DNA of 26,912 bases from a virus (lineage: Duplodnaviria > Caudoviricetes): IMG/VR virus record IMGVR_UViG_3300032327_000745, positions 1 to 26,912 of that record, one strand, 5' to 3'. Each line of letters begins with the position of its first letter. Position 1 is the first letter of the stretch. The position numbers were made by a program, and so were the translations under genes. The notes below the pieces were generated by a model that saw nothing but the letters and a program-made list of their open reading frames with translations, did no database searches and had not been told where the DNA came from. Positions 16,899 through 24,521 of this stretch are shown one piece after another.

Positions 16899-18599
16899 TC
16901 AAACAGGATACAATGGGGTGTCGCCCGTATTCCCACGGAATGTTTGCTTCTCGCTCAACTCAGCCGTCCGCTCCTCGCCACGCTGGATCATGCCAGTCTG
17001 CCGGAGCCAGTTCATCGCCTGCGTCACGGTGTCGTGCAAGTCATCGTGCTTGCCCTTAGGAAATTCTTCACATTGCGTGATCACCATCTGCGCCCACACC
17101 CGATCCTCCGGCGCATGCACAAGCCCCTCGCTGAACAGATGCTGGATCGCATAGGTGCGGCTTACTTTGTCCACACCCAGCGGGTCGATCAGCCTCACGC
17201 CCCACTGCTCGTGTGCATACAGCCGCCTGATCTCCTGCGCCACGCTGATGCCGCTGGCCTTGTTCTCGATCAGCAGGGTGTCCACCTTGAACTGCTTGCA
17301 CTCCTTCGCCACCACCGTCACCAGTTCGTGGATCGGAACGCGGCCCTGCCACGCATGCATCATGATGACCTTCGGCACATCCGCTTCCACCCCAGCCTTC
17401 TCGATGCGGGTCGTGATCTGACCGAACTGGTGGTCTCTGGTCACCACACCCGTGGTCTCCCCGCTGTCACGCCACACGCCCCAGATGGTCAGCGCACTGA
17501 AGTCGCCCTCGTGCTGTCTCGCGCCATAGGCACAGTCAAGGCTGGCCACAACGAACTCAAGGCTGTCGGGAAACTTAGGCCGATCCCACGGTTGCCACCA
17601 CAGGCGTTCGATGATGCCCCCACCGCCAACGACAGGGCTTTGCTGTAGCTGACCCGCCGCCTTGGCTGGACCCATCGTCTTCTCCAGCAGGGTCACCTCG
17701 TTGTCGCCGAACCGCTCAGGCCAAAGCAGTTCGCCCTCGGCCTGTCGGGGGTCGGCCCAGATGATCGGCTCACCATCGTCGGTCGCCCACGCAGGGGCCA
17801 GCACCGTGGTCGGGGATCGGTGCGGCTCATAGCGCATGGGAAGCATCAGGTGCGTCCACTCGTCTTGGCTGTTCTCGATCAGATGCTCGGAGATGTCCTT
17901 CCGGCTGATTCGCTGTTGGATCACGATGCGGCAACCGTATCCCTGACGCAGGTCGTTCAGGCGGTTGTAGAACGCGCCATCCCACCAGTCTCTGGCGGTT
18001 GCTGTCACCAGATCGGAGTGGCTCTGCATCACGTTATTGATATCGTCAGCCAGCAGGATCGCGCCGCCCTTACCAGTGGTCGCCGATCCAGTGGACACGC
18101 ACTCACGCAGACCGCCCTTGTCATTGCCGAACTTAGCGATGGTGTTCTGATCCGCCAGCAGGCTGAACCGATTGCCCCACCGTTTCTGATACCAGTCCGA
18201 TTCCACCAGCAGGCGGGTCTTGCGGGCCGCATCGAGCGCGAGGTTCAGTCCATACGAGGCGCACAGAAACTTGACCTGCGGACCCTTGAGCGGGCCGATG
18301 TCGCGTTGCGCCCAGACCCACCCGCAGAACAGCACCGAGCAGATCGTGGTCTTCGACATGCGCGGCGGGATGTTCACCAGCAGGTTCGGGATGTAGCCAT
18401 CGACGCAACTCATCAGGTGATCGCACACGGCTTGGATCGCCCAGCTATCGATGAACTGCGCGGGATCGACCACATGCCACGCCTCTCGGACGAACTCATA
18501 CAGGTCGCGCTCCAGCCGGAGACGCTCGGCTTCCAACAGCAGATCGTCGATGTCCTTGTATGTGAGGTTCGATGGATCGAGGCCGCTGATGTCGGTCAT
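16899..18599 (-). CDS. terL: Terminase large subunit
   Basis: Walker A NIPPRMSKT, Walker B ILLADD, coupling motif IQQR; nuclease SLDCA...DFSA...IENKASG...FPKGKHDDLHD. Confidence 0.95.
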   Translation of the reverse strand: MTDISGLDPSNLTYKDIDDLLLEAERLRLERDLYEFVREAWHVVDPAQFIDSWAIQAVCDHLMSCVDGYIPNLLVNIPPRMSKTTICSVLFCGWVWAQRDIGPLKGPQVKFLCASYGLNLALDAARKTRLLVESDWYQKRWGNRFSLLADQNTIAKFGNDKGGLRECVSTGSATTGKGGAILLADDINNVMQSHSDLVTATARDWWDGAFYNRLNDLRQGYGCRIVIQQRISRKDISEHLIENSQDEWTHLMLPMRYEPHRSPTTVLAPAWATDDGEPIIWADPRQAEGELLWPERFGDNEVTLLEKTMGPAKAAGQLQQSPVVGGGGIIERLWWQPWDRPKFPDSLEFVVASLDCAYGARQHEGDFSALTIWGVWRDSGETTGVVTRDHQFGQITTRIEKAGVEADVPKVIMMHAWQGRVPIHELVTVVAKECKQFKVDTLLIENKASGISVAQEIRRLYAHEQWGVRLIDPLGVDKVSRTYAIQHLFSEGLVHAPEDRVWAQMVITQCEEFPKGKHDDLHDTVTQAMNWLRQTGMIQRGEERTAELSEKQTFRGNTGDTPLYPV

Positions 18600-18850
18600 C
18601 CGATCAGCACCGCCAAGAACAGGACGAGCAGGGCAATGCTGGTGGCGATAAGCATAACCATAGTGCCGCCAAACAAAGCGAAGACCAAGGTGCGGTAAGC
18701 AAAGCTATTGATGACGCGATAAGCTAAACCATAAGCACAGGATAAGCTAAACCATGAGAAGGCCGATAAGCTAAACCGTAGTGACGATAAGCTAAACCAT
18801 TGCGGGCCACGGCATAGCTTAATCATGGCATCGCTCATCCAGTATGGCAT
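18596..18850 (-). CDS. Dubious small hydrophobic ORF spanning the repeat array
   Basis: Fills the terS-terL gap with a 4-nt overlap to terL and has a hydrophobic C-terminus, but the repeats cross reading frames, so DNA-level function is more likely. Confidence 0.3.
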   Translation of the reverse strand: MPYWMSDAMIKLCRGPQWFSLSSLRFSLSAFSWFSLSCAYGLAYRVINSFAYRTLVFALFGGTMVMLIATSIALLVLFLAVLIG

Positions 18851-18856
18851 AGCTTA
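18647..18856. repeat. Array of TAAGCTA-core repeats between terS and terL
   Basis: GATAAGCTAAACC at 18718, 18741, 18765 and 18786; degenerate copies at 18647 and 18694; inverted TAAGCTATGCC at 18811-18821 and 18846-18856. Confidence 0.9.
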
Positions 18857-19510
18857 CTTGTCCTCTGACGGCTTAGGCAGGGCTTTCAGCATGGCCTCGA
18901 ACTGAGCCAATTGGTCTGGCGGTAATGAGGCCAGATCGACCTTGCGCGTGGCCTCGATCTGCACCGCGCCACCGTCATGGCCTGTCACCGCCACACGGTC
19001 ACCGAACACCCGTGCGGCCAGTTTTCCGGCCTGCCAGCGCAGGGTGTCCATGATCAGGCGTCTTTCCCCAGCATCAAGCAATTCCACGCCTTCTGGGCCT
19101 TCTCTGTAGCACAGCGGGTCGGTTCCTGCGGCAATCCCCATCGCACGGTCAGCCAGCGCGAACTGTTGCTTCTCACGAGCGCGCATGTATTGCTCTCCGA
19201 AGGCGGCGTCCCTCGCAACGTGCTTAAAGATCGTCCTGAAGTCCGGCATGCCATCCATCCGACTGATCTCATATACTGACGAGCCAGACGCGATGAGTTC
19301 GCAGATGTCATCCTTCATGTCCTGGGACATCATTGTTGACGGTCTGCCGATCTTGATCCCCTCGGTCATTGATGGCCTTTGGACTGTCTTGCGCTTTGGC
19401 TTGTCCTGAGCCGTGCTGTCCGCAGAACCGCCAGAGTAAACCCGCACCTTTTTGGTCGAGCGTTTCTTGTCCAGCTTCATGTCGATGACAGGCCGATCAA
19501 TCTCAGGCAT
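18854..19510 (-). CDS. terS: Terminase small subunit (Sf6-like)
   Basis: GRPS...DICELIASG.S..EI..MDGMP..RTI...F.EQY.RARE...DTLRWQAGKL..RVFGD; lies upstream of terL. Confidence 0.88.
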   Translation of the reverse strand: MPEIDRPVIDMKLDKKRSTKKVRVYSGGSADSTAQDKPKRKTVQRPSMTEGIKIGRPSTMMSQDMKDDICELIASGSSVYEISRMDGMPDFRTIFKHVARDAAFGEQYMRAREKQQFALADRAMGIAAGTDPLCYREGPEGVELLDAGERRLIMDTLRWQAGKLAARVFGDRVAVTGHDGGAVQIEATRKVDLASLPPDQLAQFEAMLKALPKPSEDK

Positions 19511-19817
19511 CGTCCTCACCCCAGCCGTCTATCCCATCCAGATCGTCCATGCCTTCCAGCACCTGCTCTAACCGCTCCACAGCAAGCAATGCCTCGGCAG
19601 GCGACAGACCGACACGCTCCACGATATCGCCGATCAGGATGGCACGGCTCTCAGCCAATACGTCATCCCCAGCGTCCTCCATCGAATCACCGATGGCACT
19701 GATGATCTGCGCCTTGCGGACAGGTGGCAGGTGTTTCCACGCCTCTCCCCAATGCAGGAGCGCATGCAGGTCATCGCCATCAGCCTCAATTGATACCGCC
19801 AAGATATGATCAGCCAT
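19503..19817 (-). CDS. Hypothetical acidic protein upstream of terS
   Basis: ATG 19817 after GGGAAA; overlaps the terS start. Confidence 0.55.
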   Translation of the reverse strand: MADHILAVSIEADGDDLHALLHWGEAWKHLPPVRKAQIISAIGDSMEDAGDDVLAESRAILIGDIVERVGLSPAEALLAVERLEQVLEGMDDLDGIDGWGEDDA

Positions 19818-19910
19818 GTGTTTCCCAGACGTTTTATTGAACCAAATCAATCACTTGCAAACATCCTACAACTTTTTTTGAAAAAAAGCAAAAAACTTTG
19901 TGAATGGGGG

Positions 19911-19986
19911 TTTACATCCGATAAGCTATGCCGTAGGGTGTTCAAGTCAACAACGGGACCACGGTCCACACCAACGGAGAACGACC
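19911..19986 (+). promoter_or_regulatory. Cassette promoter P2 with TAAGCTATGCC box and leader
   Basis: TTTACA 19911-19916, 17 bp, TAGGGT 19934-19939; box 19922-19932; GGAC-CACG-GTCC hairpin; CAACGGAGAACGACC-ATG. Confidence 0.75.
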
Positions 19987-20217
19987 ATGAACAACGCAAC
20001 CCGCACCACTCTCGCCACCCTCGCGCAGACCGACATCGACACTATCGCAAGCCTGATCAAGCAGGGCTACGGCGCAAGCGGCATCCGCAACGAGACCACC
20101 TACAGCCTGAAGCAGATCAACGCGGTGTTCAAACTGGAAGCCGAGCGGAAGGCATCCAAGCCCTTCTGGCAGGTTCACTGGGAAGCAACCGACATCCCGA
20201 ACATCGCCCGCGATTGA
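19987..20217 (+). CDS. Hypothetical early protein
   Basis: Start revised to ATG 19987 on the conserved SD/leader. Confidence 0.7.
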   Translation: MNNATRTTLATLAQTDIDTIASLIKQGYGASGIRNETTYSLKQINAVFKLEAERKASKPFWQVHWEATDIPNIARD

Positions 20218-20222
20218 ACCAA

Positions 20223-20242
20223 CTGGGGGCTTCGGCCCCCAG
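20223..20242 (+). other. C(UUCG)G hairpin without U-tract
   Basis: CTGGGGGC-TTCG-GCCCCCAG. Confidence 0.7.
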
Positions 20243-20265
20243 CCACCCCAAACGAGGATAACGAC

Positions 20266-20496
20266 ATGAACACCGAATTGACAAACCTCTTTTTGAAAAT
20301 CGCATCGAAGAACTGGGCTGGCGTGACTGACCCTTATGACGGCTTTGATGACGGAGAACTTGACCAGATGCAGACCCTGTGCGCTCACGGCCTGATCAGG
20401 TTCACAGGTGACGAGACCTGCACTTGGGTTGCCTTCACAGACGCTGGCCACACCCTTGGCGCATCGCATAACGTATCGACCCGCACGAACCGCTAA
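20266..20496 (+). CDS. Hypothetical protein (possible winged helix)
   Basis: GAGGA SD; LCAHGLI...WVAFTDAG resembles a winged-helix end. Confidence 0.65.
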   Translation: MNTELTNLFLKIASKNWAGVTDPYDGFDDGELDQMQTLCAHGLIRFTGDETCTWVAFTDAGHTLGASHNVSTRTNR

Positions 20497-20514
20497 CCAA
20501 CGAGGAGAACGACA

Positions 20515-20844
20515 ATGAGCAAAGCCCGCAAGAACGACATCATCGTGGTCGAAGAATCCAAATCATTTACAGGCGTCAAAATGAAGACCGTGCGCTATGA
20601 CACTTACTTCATCGCCAAGGTGGTCAAGGCCACCCGTGACGGCATCGTCGAACGGTTCCAGAAGATCGGCGGGAGCGTGATGGACACCGATGGCGCAAAG
20701 ACCCTGCGCGTCCTGACCGTCGAAGACCCCGACAAGCAGGCACTGGCCCGCAAACTGGCTGACCTGCTGGCAGTCGAACCTGCCAAGAATTATTACAAGG
20801 ATCACCGTCAGGTGCGTGACGCGATCCTGACCACCACACCATAA
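20515..20844 (+). CDS. Hypothetical protein
   Basis: GAGGAGAACGACAATG leader. Confidence 0.7.
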   Translation: MSKARKNDIIVVEESKSFTGVKMKTVRYDTYFIAKVVKATRDGIVERFQKIGGSVMDTDGAKTLRVLTVEDPDKQALARKLADLLAVEPAKNYYKDHRQVRDAILTTTP

Positions 20845-20848
20845 GGGC

Positions 20849-20874
20849 AGGGGCTTCGGCCCCTTTTCTTTTTT
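20849..20874 (+). terminator. C(UUCG)G intrinsic terminator
   Basis: AGGGGC-TTCG-GCCCCT followed by TTTCTTTTTT. Confidence 0.85.
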
Positions 20875-20963
20875 GTAAAATAATTTGCAAAGAGGGGTTG
20901 ATCATCTCTTTAAGCTATGCCATAAAGGGTCATCGACAACAACGAATCAAACGGAGATACCCA
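20875..20963 (+). promoter_or_regulatory. Cassette promoter P3 with TAAGCTATGCC box
   Basis: GTAAAATAATTTGCA 20875-20889; TTGATC 20898-20903, 17 bp, CATAAA; box 20911-20921; ACGGAGA SD. Confidence 0.7.
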
Positions 20964-21560
20964 ATGTCCTTCATCGAAAACGAAGCCCGCTACGAAGCCG
21001 CCATCCGCCGCCGCATTGCAGAGAACACCCGCATTGGCGGTGAACGCCGCTTCAAGGCCGCGCATGCAGATGCTGATACGCTGATCGAGTTCGTCAACTG
21101 CAACGTGTCAGACGCGCAGATCGCTCGTGGCCCGCATGTCAAAACCCCAGACGCTAAGTTCATCGATGCCTGCTGGTGCAGTGTTCAGGTGTTCGGTGGT
21201 CTGACCGATAAACAGGCTGAGGCTGTCCGCAACGTCATCACCAAGCGTGAGGAGCGCAAGGCTGAGTTTCGCGCCCAGAACCTCGCTAGCCAGCACATCG
21301 GCACTGTCGGCGAACGCCGCGACTTCGAACTGACCGTTTCGTTTGTGACTGACTTCCAGACCCAGTTCGGCATCACCAATGTTTTTGGTCTGCGCGATGC
21401 TGATGGCAACATCGTGATCTACAAAGGTTCGTCAGCCCTCTACAACGCTGATGACCAGTTCGCTGTTAAAGGCGACACCGTCAAGGTCAAAGCGACCATC
21501 AAGGAACACGGCGAACGCGATGACGTGAAGCAGACCATCATCGCCCGCCCAAAACAGTAA
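20964..21560 (+). CDS. Hypothetical protein with C-terminal OB-fold-like domain
   Basis: HIGTVGER...DADGNIVIYKG...GDTVKVKATIKEH...QTII; start revised to ATG 20964. Confidence 0.7.
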   Translation: MSFIENEARYEAAIRRRIAENTRIGGERRFKAAHADADTLIEFVNCNVSDAQIARGPHVKTPDAKFIDACWCSVQVFGGLTDKQAEAVRNVITKREERKAEFRAQNLASQHIGTVGERRDFELTVSFVTDFQTQFGITNVFGLRDADGNIVIYKGSSALYNADDQFAVKGDTVKVKATIKEHGERDDVKQTIIARPKQ

Positions 21561-21564
21561 AGGC

Positions 21565-21580
21565 AGGGGCTTCGGCCCCT
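21565..21580 (+). other. C(UUCG)G hairpin without U-tract
   Basis: AGGGGC-TTCG-GCCCCT; part of a 19-bp exact repeat with 20846-20864. Confidence 0.7.
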
Positions 21581-21626
21581 ACCCACCACTATCTGAATAT
21601 CCCCACCTGTTAATCGGAGAACCACT

Positions 21627-21851
21627 ATGACCGTGCAAGTCACCTTCAACGATATCTGCGAATCAACCAATGCAATCCTGCGCCACGCCCGCAATAAGGC
21701 CATGCTGGGCAACTCATCTTACCCTGATGCCTACATTGTCGGCTACTTCAGCGGGTTCATCGAAACATTCTTCTTGGACCAGCCCGACAATGTCCGACAG
21801 GCTTATTTGGATGATGTGGCGCGTCATATCGAAACCCACGGCGAAAAATAA
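21627..21851 (+). CDS. Hypothetical protein
   Basis: CGGAGA SD; YPDAYIVGYF motif. Confidence 0.65.
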   Translation: MTVQVTFNDICESTNAILRHARNKAMLGNSSYPDAYIVGYFSGFIETFFLDQPDNVRQAYLDDVARHIETHGEK

Positions 21852-21853
21852 TT

Positions 21854-21949
21854 GGAAAATATTTTACAGCCCTGTTGACAATGGTTTTAAGCTATGCCAT
21901 AAACGTATCACTGCAACGGGGCTGATGCCCAACACAACGGAGAACGACA
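21854..21949 (+). promoter_or_regulatory. Cassette promoter P4 with TAAGCTATGCC box and leader
   Basis: GGAAAATATTTTACA 21854-21868; TTGACA 21875-21880, 17 bp, CATAAA; box 21888-21898; GGGC-TGAT-GCCC hairpin; CAACGGAGAACGACAATG. Confidence 0.8.
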
Positions 21950-22222
21950 ATGGAAGCCTTCACTTTTGAACACGACCAGATCGAAACCACCATTGGCCTA
22001 ATCGATGTTTATTTCGATGTTCAGTTTCAAATCATCGAAGACGAGACTGGCAAAGAATGCGAGTGGGAACCAGATCACACCCTCCATGCCAGCCTTTGGA
22101 ACGAAGACGGCGAAAATACTGATCTGCTGATCAAGCACGGTGAGCCGCTTTATTACGAGGTTCTCAAAAAGTGCAATGATGCGATCATTGACGAGTGCTA
22201 CGAGAATGCATCTGGCTGGTAA
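21950..22222 (+). CDS. Small acidic hypothetical protein
   Basis: Conserved leader; D/E-rich with few basic residues. Confidence 0.7.
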   Translation: MEAFTFEHDQIETTIGLIDVYFDVQFQIIEDETGKECEWEPDHTLHASLWNEDGENTDLLIKHGEPLYYEVLKKCNDAIIDECYENASGW

Positions 22223-22338
22223 AATAATTTGCAGGGCGGTGTAAAATAATTTGCATCGCCCTCTTTACAATCAACATAAGCTATGCCATAACAATATCAC
22301 TGCAACAGGGCAACAGCCCAAACCAACGGAGAACGACA
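22219..22338 (+). promoter_or_regulatory. Cassette promoter P5 with duplicated upstream AT element
   Basis: GTAAAATAATTTGCA at 22219 and 22241; TTTACA 22264-22269, 17 bp, CATAAC; box 22277-22287; GGGC-AACA-GCCC hairpin; CAACGGAGAACGACAATG. Confidence 0.75.
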
Positions 22339-22665
22339 ATGTTGAATTTCATCCCCGCCCCCGATGTCAGCGAACTGACCGATTGGGAACTGTCCGACGA
22401 ACTGGGCCGCTTGCACACCCTGCATGCCGCCATCACCAAGAAACTGGAAGCCGCCAAAGACCGTTACAAGGCGCGTGGTCTGACCGAAGTGTCTGGCCTT
22501 CACTATACAGTAACAGTCGGCGAATCCACCAAATGGATTTTGGATCAGGCTGGCATCAAGGAAGAGTTCGGTGAGGCTTGGTGCAATAAGCGTTCAAAAC
22601 TGGTCACCAGCAAATCGCTTCGGGTCAAGCCGACCGTGAAACTGGAAAAGGCTGATACCCTGTGA
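22339..22665 (+). CDS. Hypothetical protein (coiled coil plus beta C-terminus)
   Basis: Conserved leader and SD. Confidence 0.7.
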   Translation: MLNFIPAPDVSELTDWELSDELGRLHTLHAAITKKLEAAKDRYKARGLTEVSGLHYTVTVGESTKWILDQAGIKEEFGEAWCNKRSKLVTSKSLRVKPTVKLEKADTL

Positions 22666-22696
22666 TCATCAACCTGATCAGGCGGTTCACCAAAGC

Positions 22697-22719
22697 AAGA
22701 CGGGCCTCGCGCCCGTTTT
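22697..22719 (+). terminator. Intrinsic terminator
   Basis: AAGACGGGC-CTCGC-GCCCGTTTT. Confidence 0.6.
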
Positions 22720-22797
22720 GTCGCTCTCATGTTGTGGTGAGAAACCCGCAATTCAAAACCAGCCCTAAGTTCATAACCATTTATAAGGCTCCCGATC

Positions 22798-23079
22798 ATG
22801 GCAATCAAAATAAGCCCCGTTGAGACCGATTTACCCGTGTCTGTTCCAATCACCCGCAAAACAAAAGCAAAGCCGCCACAGGCCGCTTCTGTGGCTTCTG
22901 ATGCCGTTCCCAAGAAGCCCCGTGGGTTTGCCGCGATGTCACCAGAGAAGCGCAGGGCCATCTCTGAACGCGGCGGTCGCGCCCTGAAGGACAGCTATGC
23001 CTTCCAAAACCGTGATCTGGCGGTGGCCGCTGGTCGGGCTGGTGGTAAGGCAAGCAAGCGCAAGAAAGAGGGGAAGTGA
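22798..23079 (+). CDS. KGG-repeat (stress-induced protein family) protein
   Basis: RGFAAMSPEKRRAISERGG and F..RDLAVAAGRAGG match KGG repeats. Confidence 0.75.
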   Translation: MAIKISPVETDLPVSVPITRKTKAKPPQAASVASDAVPKKPRGFAAMSPEKRRAISERGGRALKDSYAFQNRDLAVAAGRAGGKASKRKKEGK

Positions 23080-23540
23080 TGGGCCGCTATCAAACACCGT
23101 GGACTGAGGAAGACAAAAAGATCGCCTTCGAAATGTATGCGAAGGGTGTGTCATGCCGATGGATCGGGGCGCACTTTGGTCGAACCCGCAATTCGGTGAT
23201 TGGGATGATGTATCGGTCCGGCGTTCATACAGGCCGATCCACGATGGAGAAGCCGCCTAAACCACCCGCACCGCCAAAGCCTACCAACACCATATCTTTG
23301 GCCCCGATCCGCAAACCATCAATTGTCACGCAATTGCTGAAACTGAAATCACCAATACCAGAACCAGCAGGTGAAGGCCGCATCGCCTTTCCGGCTTGGA
23401 CCAACAGCAGATGCAAATTTGTGATTGGAGCCGTCAATGGCGCAGAAACCATTGCTTGCGGCGAACCTTCGATCAGCCATGCACGACCTTGGTGCAAGTT
23501 TCACGCTCAAATCGTCTATTCACCAGCGAGGCCGAAATGA
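23076..23540 (+). CDS. gcrA: GcrA-like cell-cycle/transcription regulator
   Basis: WTEE...G.S...IG..FG.TRNSVIG N-terminal HTH, Pro-rich linker, C-terminal CKFVIG...CG...PWCKFHAQIVY. Confidence 0.8.
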   Translation: MMGRYQTPWTEEDKKIAFEMYAKGVSCRWIGAHFGRTRNSVIGMMYRSGVHTGRSTMEKPPKPPAPPKPTNTISLAPIRKPSIVTQLLKLKSPIPEPAGEGRIAFPAWTNSRCKFVIGAVNGAETIACGEPSISHARPWCKFHAQIVYSPARPK

Positions 23541-23722
23541 AAACACCTGAAGAACAAATTGCAGAACTGAAACAGTCACTGGCACAGGCCAAACAAAAAA
23601 AGACTTTGCGGGATGAGTTTGCAATGACTGTCCTGCCGGGAATTGCAGGATATACCGCTGAGGATATGGCACGATTGGCATATCTTGTTGCTGATGCAAT
23701 GTTAAAGGAGCGGAGCAAGTGA
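23537..23722 (+). CDS. Hypothetical protein
   Basis: TLRDEFAM...AYLVADAMLKER motif common in phages; ATGA coupling. Confidence 0.7.
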   Translation: MKTPEEQIAELKQSLAQAKQKKTLRDEFAMTVLPGIAGYTAEDMARLAYLVADAMLKERSK

Positions 23723-24300
23723 CAGGCTTTGCCAGCAAAAAGAAATCCTCAAACCGTGAAGGGGTTGAAATGGGGAAACGCTCAGACTTCGAACGCAAGA
23801 AACTGGATTACTACCCTACACCATTGGCGGCATTCGTGCCGCTAATCCCGCATCTGCCCCGCTCTGGCACGTTCTGCGAACCCTGCGCTGGTGCTGGTGT
23901 CCTGATCGACCACATTGAGCGGCACACCGATCTGCGCTGTGTGTCGGCTTTCGATGTCGAACCTCGTCGCCCTGACGTCAGGGTCGGTGACGCATCATGG
24001 GCATTGCCCGAAGACATGTGGGAAGCCGACTTTTGCATCACGAACCCGCCTTGGGATCGGCCTGTTCTGCATCAGATCATCGAGCGGTTGCCATCGTTGA
24101 AACCAACTTGGCTGTTGTTCGACGCGGACTGGATGCACACCCGTCAGGCCAGCCGTTATCTTGAAATCTGCCACAAGGTGGTTGCCATTGGCAGGGTCAA
24201 GTGGATCGAGGATTCCGATATGGCGGGCAAGGACAACGCTTGCTGGTATTTTTTCGATGCGTCCTTCACCGGACCAACAACCTTTGTGGGGCGACCATGA
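23719..24300 (+). CDS. Small SAM-dependent DNA (N6-adenine) methyltransferase
   Basis: DYYPTP, motif I EPCAGAG, motif IV ITNPPW; alternative start at ATG 23770. Confidence 0.85.
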   Translation: MTGFASKKKSSNREGVEMGKRSDFERKKLDYYPTPLAAFVPLIPHLPRSGTFCEPCAGAGVLIDHIERHTDLRCVSAFDVEPRRPDVRVGDASWALPEDMWEADFCITNPPWDRPVLHQIIERLPSLKPTWLLFDADWMHTRQASRYLEICHKVVAIGRVKWIEDSDMAGKDNACWYFFDASFTGPTTFVGRP

Positions 24301-24521
24301 CCGCAGATGACTTTGAAGACTTCTATCAATTGGTGAAACGCGAATACAACGCGACTGATTCGTTCTTGGCAAAAGTGCTTGGATGTTCACGCCCAACACT
24401 GAACAAGTGGCGCAAGACAGGTGCGCCGCTTTATGTTGGTTTGGCATGCACCGCTGTGATCAATGGCCTTGATCCGTGGACCAAACATCATTCCAGTCCC
24501 CAACCTCCTCTGGAATTCTGA
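24297..24521 (+). CDS. Small Cro/XRE-like HTH protein
   Basis: TDSFLAKVLGCSRPTLNKWRKTG...YVGLAC; ATGA coupling to the MTase. Confidence 0.7.
   Translation: MTADDFEDFYQLVKREYNATDSFLAKVLGCSRPTLNKWRKTGAPLYVGLACTAVINGLDPWTKHHSSPQPPLEF

Noticed and set aside
16944-18698. Plus-strand ORFs of 234 and 292 aa
   Set aside because: Antisense to terL; typical stop-poor shadow frames.
18718-18798. CRISPR or mini-CRISPR array interpretation
   Set aside because: Repeats are 13 bp and spacers 8-11 bp, far too short; no cas genes in the window.
20910-20925. CtrA box (TTAA-N7-TTAA) as the identity of the promoter motif
   Set aside because: Spacing is TTAA-N8-ATAA and the conserved bases lie in the centre, unlike CtrA sites.
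21934-21949. CsrA/RsmA site in ACGGAGA leaders
   Set aside because: Adequately explained as a Shine-Dalgarno sequence; the GGA is not in a hairpin loop.
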